DNA of 64,000 nt, from the NCBI GenBank assembly GCA_017503865.1, contig JAFVSI010000009.1, positions 8,171 through 72,170 of the forward strand. Direction: 5' to 3'. Below the pieces are notes generated by a model that was not told where the DNA came from, did not search any database, and worked only from the letters and a program-made list of their open reading frames with translations. Below, piece after piece: positions 37,478 through 46,883 of this stretch. Numbering within the stretch: position 1 is the stretch's first letter; every line of letters starts with the position of its first letter. Position numbers and translations under genes: made by a program. Source of the stretch: Clostridia bacterium. Lineage in GTDB: Bacteria; Bacillota; Clostridia; Oscillospirales; CAG-272.

Positions 37478-37663
37478 ATGGCTAAGAAAGCGATGATTCT
37501 CAAGCAGCAGAAGGCTCAGAAGTTCTCCACCCGTGAGTACAACAGATGTAAGATCTGCGGACGCCCTCATGCTTATCTCCGTAAGTACGGTATTTGCCGT
37601 ATTTGCTTCCGTAATCTTGCTTACAAGGGCGAGATTCCCGGCGTAAAGAAGGCAAGCTGGTAA
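37478..37663 (+). CDS. rpsZ: 30S ribosomal protein S14 type Z (zinc-binding)
   Basis: 61 aa, with [20 protein letters not shown]. Confidence 0.95.
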   Translation: MAKKAMILKQQKAQKFSTREYNRCKICGRPHAYLRKYGICRICFRNLAYKGEIPGVKKASW

Positions 37664-37869
37664 TCAGCAACACTTATTAAAAATCAGTCCCGACTAAATA
37701 CGGACGGGCTGTTTGCTGTCAGAGACAGCGCTCCAAACTATCAGAAGGAAGCTAATCGCAAAGTCGTTGGGCTTAACCGCTGATACGCCGCCGATCCTAT
37801 TTGCCAAAGAGAGCAAATTTGGATTCGGCAGCAAGATTAAATTAACTTGCATAAAGGAGGATTTGTAAT
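37664..37869 (+). promoter_or_regulatory. Unusually long (206 nt) structured spacer between rpsZ and rpsH
   Basis: Hairpins GCTGTC-AGA-GACAGC (37715-37729) and GCCGCCGATCCTATTTGC...GCAAATTTGGATTCGGCAGC (37787-37832). No ORF and no obvious promoter. Confidence 0.35.
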
Positions 37870-38268
37870 ATGCAAATGTCAGACGTAATTGCCGATATGC
37901 TCACAAGAATCAGAAATGCTAACGATGCAAAGCATCAGACAGTGGACATTCCGGCATCTAACATGAAGAAGGCCATCGCAGACATACTTGTTGAAGAGGG
38001 CTACGTAAAGAGTTATCAGGTAATTGAGGACGGTAAGCAGGGAGTTATCCGCGTAACACTCAAGTACACCGCAGGCAAGCAGAAGGTTATTCGCGGTATC
38101 CGCCGTGTATCCAAGCCCGGCCTTCGTAAGTACGCAGGTTACGAGGATATGCCCAAGGTTATGAACGGCCTTGGAATCGCTATCGTTTCCACATCTAAGG
38201 GTATCATGACAGACAAGAAGGCTCGCGCTAACAAGATCGGCGGCGAAGTCCTCGCGTTTGTATGGTAA
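37870..38268 (+). CDS. rpsH: 30S ribosomal protein S8
   Basis: [15 protein letters not shown]. Confidence 0.95.
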   Translation: MQMSDVIADMLTRIRNANDAKHQTVDIPASNMKKAIADILVEEGYVKSYQVIEDGKQGVIRVTLKYTAGKQKVIRGIRRVSKPGLRKYAGYEDMPKVMNGLGIAIVSTSKGIMTDKKARANKIGGEVLAFVW

Positions 38269-38290
38269 TGAAAGCGGGAGGTAAACGAAC

Positions 38291-38863
38291 ATGTCAAGAA
38301 TAGGAAGAATGCCGATTACAGTTCCCGCAGGCGTTACAGTTACAGTTGCAGAAGGCAACTTAGTAACAGTAAAGGGCCCCCTCGGAACTCTTACACAGAA
38401 ATTCAGCGACCGCTTGACCATTAAGCAGGAGGGCGCAGAGATAGTAGTTGCTCGTTCCACTGACGAAAAAGAGGACAGAAGCATTCACGGTCTCACAAGA
38501 ACACTCATCAACAACATGGTTGTTGGTGTATCTCAGGGATACTCCAAGACACTTGAGATCATTGGTGTAGGTTACAAAGCAGTTAAGGTTGGCAAGACCG
38601 TACAGCTTTTCCTCGGCCACTCTCTCACATCTAAGGGAAACCCCCAGGATAAGTTTATTATCGAAGAAACAGACGGAATCACACTTGAGGTTGCTGATAA
38701 GGTCGTTCCTATGACTATCACAGTTAAGGGTATCGACAAGCAGGCAGTAGGTCAGATGGCAGCGGTTATCCGCTCTAAGAGACCTCCCGAGCCTTACCAC
38801 GGTAAGGGCGTTAAGTACGCAACCGAGAGAGTTCGCCGCAAAGCCGGAAAGACCGGTAAATAA
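38291..38863 (+). CDS. rplF: 50S ribosomal protein L6
   Basis: MSRIGRMPITVPAGVTV. Confidence 0.95.
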   Translation: MSRIGRMPITVPAGVTVTVAEGNLVTVKGPLGTLTQKFSDRLTIKQEGAEIVVARSTDEKEDRSIHGLTRTLINNMVVGVSQGYSKTLEIIGVGYKAVKVGKTVQLFLGHSLTSKGNPQDKFIIEETDGITLEVADKVVPMTITVKGIDKQAVGQMAAVIRSKRPPEPYHGKGVKYATERVRRKAGKTGK

Positions 38864-38881
38864 TGAAAGGAGTAGATACAA

Positions 38882-39241
38882 ATGGTTTCAAGAAAAGACG
38901 CTAACAAGGCTCGTCTTAAGAGACATAAGAGAGTCAGAGCAAAGATTTCGGGAACAGCTTCCCGTCCTCGTTTGGCAGTATATCGTTCAAACGCACATAT
39001 CGCAGCTCAGGTTATTGATGATGTCGCAGGTGTAACATTGGTTTCTGCTTCTACCCATGAGAAGGATTTCCAGGGTAACGGCGGCAATAAGGTTGCGGCA
39101 AGAGCAGTTGGAAAATTGCTCGCAGAAAGAGCAAATGCTAAGGGTATCACCGAAGTCGTATTCGACAGAGGCGGCTATCTTTATCACGGACGTGTATCGG
39201 AATTGGCTGACGGCGCTCGCGAGGGCGGCCTTAAGTTCTAA
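38882..39241 (+). CDS. rplR: 50S ribosomal protein L18
   Basis: [27 protein letters not shown]. Confidence 0.95.
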   Translation: MVSRKDANKARLKRHKRVRAKISGTASRPRLAVYRSNAHIAAQVIDDVAGVTLVSASTHEKDFQGNGGNKVAARAVGKLLAERANAKGITEVVFDRGGYLYHGRVSELADGAREGGLKF

Positions 39242-39303
39242 GACCGGTTTGTACACTGTTCAAAGACAATAATTGTATTGAACAAAATTCAGGAGGAAAA
39301 CAC

Positions 39304-39807
39304 ATGGCAACAAAGATTAATCCGGCTGAGCTTGATCTTAGAGAACAGCTCGTCGCGCTGAACCGTGTTTCCAAGACCGTAAAAGGTGGTCGTATCGCCC
39401 GTTTCGCAGCTATTATGGTAGTAGGTGACGGAAACGGTCACGTAGGTGTAGGACTTGGAAAGGCTGCTGAAGTTCCCGAGGCAATTCGCAAGGGAATTGA
39501 AGACGCAAAGAAGAATATGATTACAGTATCCCTTAAGGGAACAACAATTCCCCACGAGGTAGTTGGTGTATTCGGAGCAGGTAAGGTGCTTCTTAAGCCC
39601 GCTGCACCCGGTACCGGAGTTATCGCTGGTGGAAAGGTTAGAGCAGTGCTTGAGCTTGCAGGTATTTCTAATATCCGTGCAAAGAGCCTTCGTTCTAACA
39701 ACCCCGCAAACGTTGTAAAGGCAACGATTGAGGGACTTAAGGCACTCCGCACAGCAGAAGAGGTTGCGAAGATTCGTGACATTTCTGTTGAGCAGGTAAA
39801 AGGTTAA
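39304..39807 (+). CDS. rpsE: 30S ribosomal protein S5
   Basis: [33 protein letters not shown]. Confidence 0.95.
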   Translation: MATKINPAELDLREQLVALNRVSKTVKGGRIARFAAIMVVGDGNGHVGVGLGKAAEVPEAIRKGIEDAKKNMITVSLKGTTIPHEVVGVFGAGKVLLKPAAPGTGVIAGGKVRAVLELAGISNIRAKSLRSNNPANVVKATIEGLKALRTAEEVAKIRDISVEQVKG

Positions 39808-39818
39808 TGGAGGGTTAG

Positions 39819-39995
39819 ATGATGAAAAAAGTTACTCTCGTAAAGAGCCTTATAGGTGCAAAGCCTAACCAGAAGGCAACAGCTGCTTCTCTCGGTCTTT
39901 CTAAGATCGGTGACAGCATTACTCACGAGGACAACGCAGTTCTCGCAGGTAAGGTAAAAGTAATCTCTCACCTTGTTAAGGTTGAGAACGCATAA
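39819..39995 (+). CDS. rpmD: 50S ribosomal protein L30
   Basis: Manual translation gives [58 protein letters not shown]. The ORF is below the track's length cutoff. Confidence 0.9.
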   Translation: MMKKVTLVKSLIGAKPNQKATAASLGLSKIGDSITHEDNAVLAGKVKVISHLVKVENA

Positions 39996-40011
39996 GAAAG
40001 GAGGCAGTCAC

Positions 40012-40452
40012 ATGAAACTTAATGAACTTTCTCCCGCACAGGGTTCCGTTAAGGCAGGATACCGTAAGGGCAGAGGCCCCGGTTCCGGTAACGGTAAGAC
40101 CGCAGGTAAGGGTCACAAGGGTCAGAACGCTCGTTCAGGCGGCGGAGTAAGACCTGGATTTGAGGGTGGACAGCTTCCGCTCTACAGAAAGCTTCCCAAG
40201 AGAGGCTTTAAGAACAGATTTGCTGTTAATTATTCCATTGTCAACGTTGCAGACCTCAACAGATTTGAGGACGGTGCAGTTGTAGATCTCGAGGCACTTC
40301 TCGCAGCGAAGATCGTACGCAAGCCCCTCGATGGACTTAAGGTTCTCGGCAACGGTGAGCTTACTAAAAAATTAACTGTCAAAGCGACAGTCTTTTCGGC
40401 AACAGCCAAGGAAAAGATAGAAGCAGCAGGTGGAAAGATAGAGGAGGTATAA
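40012..40452 (+). CDS. rplO: 50S ribosomal protein L15
   Basis: [12 protein letters not shown]...[19 protein letters not shown], with AGGAGG upstream of ATG 40012. Confidence 0.93.
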   Translation: MKLNELSPAQGSVKAGYRKGRGPGSGNGKTAGKGHKGQNARSGGGVRPGFEGGQLPLYRKLPKRGFKNRFAVNYSIVNVADLNRFEDGAVVDLEALLAAKIVRKPLDGLKVLGNGELTKKLTVKATVFSATAKEKIEAAGGKIEEV

Positions 40453-40456
40453 GGAT

Positions 40457-41797
40457 ATGTTCCAGACGCTCAAGAATGCTTGGAAGGTAGTTGATATTAA
40501 AAACAAGCTACTCTTCACGCTCCTCATCGTCGTCCTCTATCGTCTCGGTGCTAACATTCCCGTTCCTTACGTTAATGCAGAGCTCTTCAAGGCTTATGCA
40601 GAAGAGACGTTCAGACACGGAATACTTCAGTACCTCAACGTTATGTCCGGTGATGCACTTTCAAAGGCAACGCTCTTTGCACTCGGTGTTTCACCTTACA
40701 TCACATCATCAATCGTAATCCAGCTTTTGACCGTAGCATTCCCGAAGCTTCAGGAATGGTCAAAGGATGGCGAGAACGGAAGAAAGAAGATAAACTTCCT
40801 TACTCGTATCGTTACTGTTGCTCTTGCACTCGTAACCAGTATCGGTTACGTTTACTTCCTCGAGTCCGGTGGCGGACAGGGCGTTTCGTGGATAGTTGGT
40901 GAACTCAACTTCTTCAAGGGTGCTGTCATAGTTGCTTGCTATTGTGCAGGTGCGTCTATCGTTATGTGGCTCGGTGAGAAGATCAACGACAAGGGTATCG
41001 GAAACGGTATCTCGATGATACTTTTCGCAAACATCATTACAAGTAGCTTTTCTACATTCAGCAACCTCAAGGAGTTGATACTTCCTACAGGTGGCAAGTT
41101 CAACTGGGTTGGACTTGTAATCGCTATTGTCGTAGTTCTCGTTCTTCTCGGTTTCATACTTCTCATAGTAGCAGTTACCGATGCAGAGAGAAGAATTCCC
41201 GTACAGTATGCAAAGAGAGTTGTTGGCCGTAAGATGTATGGCGGACAGAGCACGAATCTTCCTATTAAGGTAAATATGTCCGGAGTTATGCCTATAATCT
41301 TTGCGAACTCCATCGTTGCAATTCCTTCGACCATCATCACCTTCGCAGGTGCTGACGTTACAAAGGGTGTAGCAAAGTTCTTCAACGATTGGTTTAACTA
41401 CAACACAATACCTTATCTCGTAGTATTCTTTGCTCTTCTTATTGCTTTTGCATACTTCTATGTTGCGATTTCCTTTAATCCTATCGAGGTTGCAAACAAT
41501 ATCAAACAAAACGGCGGTTCTATTCTCGGAATTCGTCCTGGTAGACCTACCGTTGACTATATCACAAAGATTCTTTACAGAATCACACTTGTAGGCGCTC
41601 TCTTCGTAGCGATCATTGCAGTGCTTCCTATGCTTGCAGTTGTTGTTGAGCATCTTGTATCTCCCAACACTCAGTATTTCGCAGCATTCGCATTCGGCGG
41701 TTCTTCGCTTATGATCGTTGTAGGAGTTATCCTTGAGACAGTTCGTGATCTCGAGGCACAGCTTACACTCAGAAACTATAAGGGCTTCCTTGATTAA
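40457..41797 (+). CDS. secY: Preprotein translocase subunit SecY
   Basis: 10-TM protein. LFALGVSPYITSSIVIQLL is present. Confidence 0.95.
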   Translation: MFQTLKNAWKVVDIKNKLLFTLLIVVLYRLGANIPVPYVNAELFKAYAEETFRHGILQYLNVMSGDALSKATLFALGVSPYITSSIVIQLLTVAFPKLQEWSKDGENGRKKINFLTRIVTVALALVTSIGYVYFLESGGGQGVSWIVGELNFFKGAVIVACYCAGASIVMWLGEKINDKGIGNGISMILFANIITSSFSTFSNLKELILPTGGKFNWVGLVIAIVVVLVLLGFILLIVAVTDAERRIPVQYAKRVVGRKMYGGQSTNLPIKVNMSGVMPIIFANSIVAIPSTIITFAGADVTKGVAKFFNDWFNYNTIPYLVVFFALLIAFAYFYVAISFNPIEVANNIKQNGGSILGIRPGRPTVDYITKILYRITLVGALFVAIIAVLPMLAVVVEHLVSPNTQYFAAFAFGGSSLMIVVGVILETVRDLEAQLTLRNYKGFLD

Positions 41798-41823
41798 GCC
41801 TTAAGTTCGTTTGGAGGAACTGT

Positions 41824-42474
41824 ATGAACTTAATTTTGATGGGCGCACCCGGTGCGGGAAAGGGAACACAGTCGGCAAATATTTCGGCTAAGTGGAATAT
41901 TCCTGCAGTATCAACGGGCGATCTGCTTCGCGGTGCAATCAAAGATGGCACCGAGCTCGGAATGAAGGCCAAGTCCTTTATGGACTCAGGTAACCTCGTT
42001 CCTGACGAGCTTGTTATCAACATTATCAAAGAATATATCGGTTCAGACAAATGCAAGAACGGCTTTATACTTGACGGATTCCCCCGTTCAATTCCTCAGG
42101 CAGAGGCACTTGACGCTATGGGCGTTAAGATAGACCTCGTACTCAGCATTGAGGTCTCTGATGAAAAGATCATCGAGAGAATGAGCGGACGCAGAATTTG
42201 TTCGGGATGCGGTGCTTCGTACCACATTTTGTATAAGCCGACTAAGGCTGAAAATATTTGTGATGCTTGTGGTGCGTCACTCTACACAAGAGCTGATGAC
42301 GCAGCAGAAACGGTGCTTAACCGTCTTGAGACCTATCACGCTATTACCGAGCCCCTTAAAGAGTATTACTCGAAAAAGGGAAATCTCGTGTGCGTAACGG
42401 GTAGGGAAAAGGTCGAGGATACCTCGGCTGCAGTGCTCGAGGCGATAAGCAAATATGAGGCCTCGAAAAAATGA
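41824..42474 (+). CDS. adk: Adenylate kinase (zinc-lid type)
   Basis: LMGAPGAGKGTQ. The lid is CSGCG...CDACG. Confidence 0.95.
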   Translation: MNLILMGAPGAGKGTQSANISAKWNIPAVSTGDLLRGAIKDGTELGMKAKSFMDSGNLVPDELVINIIKEYIGSDKCKNGFILDGFPRSIPQAEALDAMGVKIDLVLSIEVSDEKIIERMSGRRICSGCGASYHILYKPTKAENICDACGASLYTRADDAAETVLNRLETYHAITEPLKEYYSKKGNLVCVTGREKVEDTSAAVLEAISKYEASKK

Positions 42475-43232
42475 TTCAACTAAAAAATTCTCTTCAGATC
42501 AAAGATATGAAGGAAGCAGGACGCATCACGGGCGAGGCGTTACTTATCGCCCGTGAGCACGTCCGAGAAGGAATAAGCACGTACGAGCTTGATAAACTCA
42601 TACGCGAGCACATCGAAAGATCGGGTGCAAAGCCTTCCTTTCTCGGATATGGCGGATTTCCCGCTTCGGCTTGTATCAGTATCAATGATGAAGTCATACA
42701 CGGTATTCCCTCGAAAAAGAGAATACTTCGTGAGGGCGACATAGTAAAGGTTGACGTAGGAGCTTTTTACCGCGGCTTCCACGGAGATGCCGCAAGGACT
42801 ATCCCCGTAGGAAAGGTAAATGCTGAGGCTCTTAAGTTGATCGAGGTGACAAGACAAAGCTTCTTTGACGGTGTTAACGCACTTAAGGTAGGGGGACGAA
42901 TTGGTGACGTGGGAAGTGCAATACAGACCACAGTCGAGAAAAACTCCTTCTCGGTAGTTAAGAAGTATATCGGACACGGAGTCGGTCGCGAGCTTCACGA
43001 ATCTCCCGACGTACCGAATTTCGGAACGGCAGGCAGAGGAGTACGCTTGTGTGCAGGAATGACTCTTGCCATCGAGCCTATGGTAAACGTAGGCGGTCCC
43101 GAGGTATATGAGCTTGCGGACGGATGGACGGTCAAGACTCGCGACGGTTCGTTGTCGGCACACTATGAAAACACCGTAGCTCTAACGGGCGACGGTGTGA
43201 TGATACTCACTCTTCTTGATAAAGAATGGTAA
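42471..43232 (+). CDS. map: Type I methionine aminopeptidase
   Basis: The metal ligand context is VDVGAFYRGFHGDAARTIPVG...HGVGRELHE. There is an ATGA overlap with adk. Confidence 0.95.
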   Translation: MIQLKNSLQIKDMKEAGRITGEALLIAREHVREGISTYELDKLIREHIERSGAKPSFLGYGGFPASACISINDEVIHGIPSKKRILREGDIVKVDVGAFYRGFHGDAARTIPVGKVNAEALKLIEVTRQSFFDGVNALKVGGRIGDVGSAIQTTVEKNSFSVVKKYIGHGVGRELHESPDVPNFGTAGRGVRLCAGMTLAIEPMVNVGGPEVYELADGWTVKTRDGSLSAHYENTVALTGDGVMILTLLDKEW

Positions 43233-43289
43233 GTTGAGTTTAGAAAAAAGGCAAAAAGAATCACAAATAAACGTAGAGGAGGGATTGTT

Positions 43290-43508
43290 CTGGCAAAGGA
43301 CGATGTGATCGAATTTGAAGGTACGGTAGTTGAGGCTCTGCCCAGTGCCACCTTCAAGGTAAAGCTTCCCAACGGGCACATAGTAACAGCTCACATTTCG
43401 GGAAAGCTTCGTATGAATTATATTAGAATATTGCCGGGAGACAAGGTGACCGTTGAGGTATCTGTCTACGACCTTACCAAGGGCCGTATAACCTGGCGTG
43501 CGAAATAA
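43290..43508 (+). CDS. infA: Translation initiation factor IF-1 (apparent CTG start)
   Basis: (M)[23 protein letters not shown]... aligns from residue 1 with known IF-1 (MAKDDVIE...). GGAGG ends 7 nt before CTG 43290. No in-frame ATG, GTG or TTG lies between the upstream stop and 43305. Confidence 0.8.
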   Translation: MAKDDVIEFEGTVVEALPSATFKVKLPNGHIVTAHISGKLRMNYIRILPGDKVTVEVSVYDLTKGRITWRAK

Positions 43509-43544
43509 ACGCAAGATTAAACAAGAAAGGTATGGTATAATAAA

Positions 43545-43658
43545 ATGAAGGTTAAACCATCCGTTAAAAAGATTTGCGATAAGTGCAAAATCATTAAAAG
43601 AAAAGGCAAAGTCATGGTTATCTGCGAAAACCCCAAGCATAAGCAGAAACAGGGCTGA
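43545..43658 (+). CDS. rpmJ: 50S ribosomal protein L36
   Basis: Manual translation gives [37 protein letters not shown]. Confidence 0.92.
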   Translation: MKVKPSVKKICDKCKIIKRKGKVMVICENPKHKQKQG

Positions 43659-43690
43659 TTGCTAATTTAACAGAGAGGTGGAAAAACAGA

Positions 43691-44059
43691 ATGGCTCGTA
43701 TAGCTGGTGTTGATATTCCTAACAACAAGCGTGTAGAAATAGCTCTTACCTATATTTACGGTATCGGCCGCAAGAGTGCAAACGACATTCTTGCAAAGAC
43801 AGGAATCAATCCTGACACACGTGCAAAGGATCTTACTGAGGACGAGGTAGCAAAGCTTCGTGACGAGATTGAAAATTCTTACGTTGTTGAGGGTGATCTT
43901 CGTAGAGATGTAGCACTCAATATCAAGAGAATGGTAGAAATCAACTGCTACCGTGGAATCAGACATAGAAAAGGTCTTCCTGTAAGAGGACAGAGAACAA
44001 AAACAAATGCAAGAACTCGCAAGGGTCCTGCAAAGACAATCGCTAACAAGAAGAAGTAA
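43691..44059 (+). CDS. rpsM: 30S ribosomal protein S13
   Basis: [26 protein letters not shown]. Confidence 0.95.
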   Translation: MARIAGVDIPNNKRVEIALTYIYGIGRKSANDILAKTGINPDTRAKDLTEDEVAKLRDEIENSYVVEGDLRRDVALNIKRMVEINCYRGIRHRKGLPVRGQRTKTNARTRKGPAKTIANKKK

Positions 44060-44074
44060 AGGAGAACATGTCAG

Positions 44075-44470
44075 ATGGCAAAAGTTGCAAAGAAAGTTGT
44101 CAAGAGACGCCGCGAGAGAAAAAATATTGAAAAAGGCGCGGTTCATATCGGAGCAACCTTCAATAATACAATCGTTACTATCACCGACGTTGCCGGAAAC
44201 GCAATTTCGTGGGCATCTGCAGGTGAGCTCGGCTTCAAAGGCTCGAGAAAGTCAACTCCTTACGCTGCACAGATGGCTTCTGAGACAGCTGCAAAGGCTG
44301 CAATGGAGCACGGACTTAAGAGCGTTGAGGTATATGTAAAGGGACCCGGATCGGGACGTGAGTCTGCAATTCGCGCACTCGAGACAGCTGGTCTTCAGAT
44401 CACAATGATCAAAGACGTTACGCCTGTGCCCCACAATGGATGCAGACCGCCTAAGCGTAGACGTGTATAA
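44075..44470 (+). CDS. rpsK: 30S ribosomal protein S11
   Basis: [18 protein letters not shown]...[18 protein letters not shown]. Confidence 0.95.
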   Translation: MAKVAKKVVKRRRERKNIEKGAVHIGATFNNTIVTITDVAGNAISWASAGELGFKGSRKSTPYAAQMASETAAKAAMEHGLKSVEVYVKGPGSGRESAIRALETAGLQITMIKDVTPVPHNGCRPPKRRRV

Positions 44471-44490
44471 TTAGTAGGAGGGAATTAGTA

Positions 44491-45117
44491 ATGGCAAGAT
44501 ATACTGGACCTGTATGTAAGCTTTGCCGCAGAGAGGGAACAAAGCTTTTCCTTAAGGGCGACAGATGTACATCGGGAAAGTGCGCACTTGACCGCAGAGC
44601 AACAGCTCCCGGCCAGCACGGCGCAGCAAACAAGAAGCAGAGAGAATATGGAATGCATCTTCGTGAGAAGCAGAAGACCAAGAGATACTACGGTGTTCTC
44701 GAGGGACAGTTCAAGAGCTACTTTGCTGAGGCAGACCGCGTAGAAGGTATGACTGGTGAGAACCTCATCAAGCTTATCGAGCGTCGTCTTGATAACGTAG
44801 TTTACAGAATGGGTATGGCAGAGAGCCGTAAGGAAGCTCGTCAGCTCGTTCTTCATGAGCATTTTTCTCTCAACGGTAAGAAGGTAAATATTCCTTCTAT
44901 CATCGTTAGCGCAGGTGACGTAGTAGCAGTAATGGAGAACTTCCGTTCTTCCGCAAAGTGCAAGGATCTCGCAGAGAAGCTTGCAACAAAGAATGCTCCT
45001 AAGTGGCTTGACGTTGATAAGACAAATCTTTCGGCAAAAGTTGTGGCTCTTCCCGCAAGAGACGACGTTGACTTTGAGATCAACGATCAGCTTATCGTCG
45101 AGTTCTATTCCAAGTAA
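44491..45117 (+). CDS. rpsD: 30S ribosomal protein S4
   Basis: [26 protein letters not shown]. Confidence 0.95.
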   Translation: MARYTGPVCKLCRREGTKLFLKGDRCTSGKCALDRRATAPGQHGAANKKQREYGMHLREKQKTKRYYGVLEGQFKSYFAEADRVEGMTGENLIKLIERRLDNVVYRMGMAESRKEARQLVLHEHFSLNGKKVNIPSIIVSAGDVVAVMENFRSSAKCKDLAEKLATKNAPKWLDVDKTNLSAKVVALPARDDVDFEINDQLIVEFYSK

Positions 45118-45213
45118 TTAATTACCCCGCACGCCACGCAAGAACGTGTTGCGTGAGAAAAGCGTAATAACGTAAAATTTATGCGAAATTTAAATTAGGA
45201 GGTTTTATTTGGA

Positions 45214-46188
45214 ATGATTGAAATAGAAAAGCCCAATATAACTACCGTAAACCTCAGCGATGACGGTACGTGCGGTAAATTTATAGTTGAACCTCTTGAG
45301 CGTGGATTCGGAATCACACTCGGTAACTCGCTTCGCAGAATTATGCTTAGCTCGTTGCCCGGATACGCTGTAACGAACATAAAGATCGACGGCGTTCTTC
45401 ACGAGTTTGATACGATCCCCGGAGTAAAAGAGGACGTAACAGAAATAGTTCTTAACGTAAAGGGTATCATAGCAAAGCTTCATTGCAATTCGCCTAAGAC
45501 CGTTATCATTGACGTAACGGGCGAGAAGGAAGTTGTTGCGGGTGATATCAAGCAGGACTCCGACATCGAGATACTCAATCCTTCGCATCACATTGCGACA
45601 ATCGGTGAGAACGAGAGACTTTATATGGAGCTCACGTTTGACCGTGGAAGAGGATACATCTCGCAGGAAAGAAATAAGCAGCTTCACCAGGCTATGCTTG
45701 GCGGCAACATTTCTGCTCCTATCGGAACGATCTACACCGACTCGATCTACACACCTGTTTATAACGTAAGCTACTCGGTAGAGGACACTCGTGTCGGCAA
45801 CATAACCGACTACGACAAGCTCACGCTTGAAGTTCTTACTAACGGTACTATTTCTGCAAGTGAAGCGATTTCCTTCGGAGCCAAGATTCTCAACGAGCAT
45901 CTCAACTTGTTTGTTAACTTGTCGGATGAAGCAAAGAACGTAGAAATTATGGTTGAAAGAGAAGAGACCATAAAGGAAAAGGTTCTTGAGATGACTATTG
46001 AGGAACTTGACATGTCTGTACGTAGCTTCAACTGCTTGAAGCGCGCAGGCATAGATACCGTTGAGGACCTTACAAATCGTACCGAAGAGGATATGATCAA
46101 GGTCCGCAACCTTGGTAAGAAATCACTCGAAGAAGTTATTAACAAACTTCATTCGTTTGGTCTTGAGCTTCGTAAAGAAGAGGACTGA
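45214..46188 (+). CDS. rpoA: DNA-directed RNA polymerase subunit alpha
   Basis: [20 protein letters not shown], with the C-terminal domain [16 protein letters not shown]. Confidence 0.95.
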   Translation: MIEIEKPNITTVNLSDDGTCGKFIVEPLERGFGITLGNSLRRIMLSSLPGYAVTNIKIDGVLHEFDTIPGVKEDVTEIVLNVKGIIAKLHCNSPKTVIIDVTGEKEVVAGDIKQDSDIEILNPSHHIATIGENERLYMELTFDRGRGYISQERNKQLHQAMLGGNISAPIGTIYTDSIYTPVYNVSYSVEDTRVGNITDYDKLTLEVLTNGTISASEAISFGAKILNEHLNLFVNLSDEAKNVEIMVEREETIKEKVLEMTIEELDMSVRSFNCLKRAGIDTVEDLTNRTEEDMIKVRNLGKKSLEEVINKLHSFGLELRKEED

Positions 46189-46262
46189 TAACGCGTTTGA
46201 GTTGCGTTTAAGTTAAAAGACCAAGAAACTAATCGAATTACACCAAAAGGAGAGAATAAACA

Positions 46263-46679
46263 ATGCCCGGAACAAGAAAACTCGGCAGACCTACCGCTCA
46301 CAGAAAAGCAATGCTTCGCGGTATGGTTACCTTACTGCTTGAGAACGGACAGGTTGAGACAACACTCACCAGAGCAAAGGAAGTTCGTTCTGTTGCAGAG
46401 AAAATGATTACTCTCGGCAAGAAGAATACTCTTGCCAGCCGCCGTGCAGCATTGGCATACATCACTAAGGAAGAAGTAGTAACGAAGGTATTTTCCGAAC
46501 TCGCTCCCTTGTATGCAAACCGTGCAGGCGGATATACACAGATCTTCAAGCTCGGCCCCCGCAGAGGCGACGGTGCTGAAATGGCTATCGTAAAGCTTAT
46601 TGATTACAAGAAGCCCGAAGCTGGCGAGAAGAAGGCAAAGAAGGAAAAGAAGGTTGAGGCTGCAGCTCTCGAGGCGTAA
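46263..46679 (+). CDS. rplQ: 50S ribosomal protein L17 (Lys/Glu-rich C-terminal extension)
   Basis: [17 protein letters not shown] with the tail [23 protein letters not shown]. Confidence 0.95.
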   Translation: MPGTRKLGRPTAHRKAMLRGMVTLLLENGQVETTLTRAKEVRSVAEKMITLGKKNTLASRRAALAYITKEEVVTKVFSELAPLYANRAGGYTQIFKLGPRRGDGAEMAIVKLIDYKKPEAGEKKAKKEKKVEAAALEA

Positions 46680-46701
46680 GCCGACCGATATTCCAAGAAA
46701 G

Positions 46702-46737
46702 AGGCTGTCGCAATAGCGACAGCCTTCTGCTTTTTTG
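46702..46737 (+). terminator. Intrinsic terminator of the alpha operon
   Basis: AGGCTGTCGC-AATA-GCGACAGCCT followed by TCTGCTTTTTTG. Confidence 0.8.
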
Positions 46738-46883
46738 TCGAAAAACAAAAATGATATACAAATTGTTCATAAAAATTTACAATAATAGAAATGAATAGAT
46801 TACGATACGTTAAAAATAATAGTATATAATTATAGATGATTATAATGAAAAAGAATGCCGTATTTGCGGAATGAGAGGGAAAA

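Noticed and set aside
40760-41653. 297-aa ORF antisense to secY. Similar long antisense ORFs occur at 51951-52880 (versus the SPFH gene), 32836-33669 (versus rplB), 31245-31961 (versus rplC), 26480-27196 (versus rny) and 45205-45900 (versus rpoA).
   Set aside because: Each lies entirely opposite a strongly conserved, confidently identified gene. They have no RBS, and their composition is low-complexity and Cys/Arg/Ser-rich, as expected from reading a coding strand backwards.
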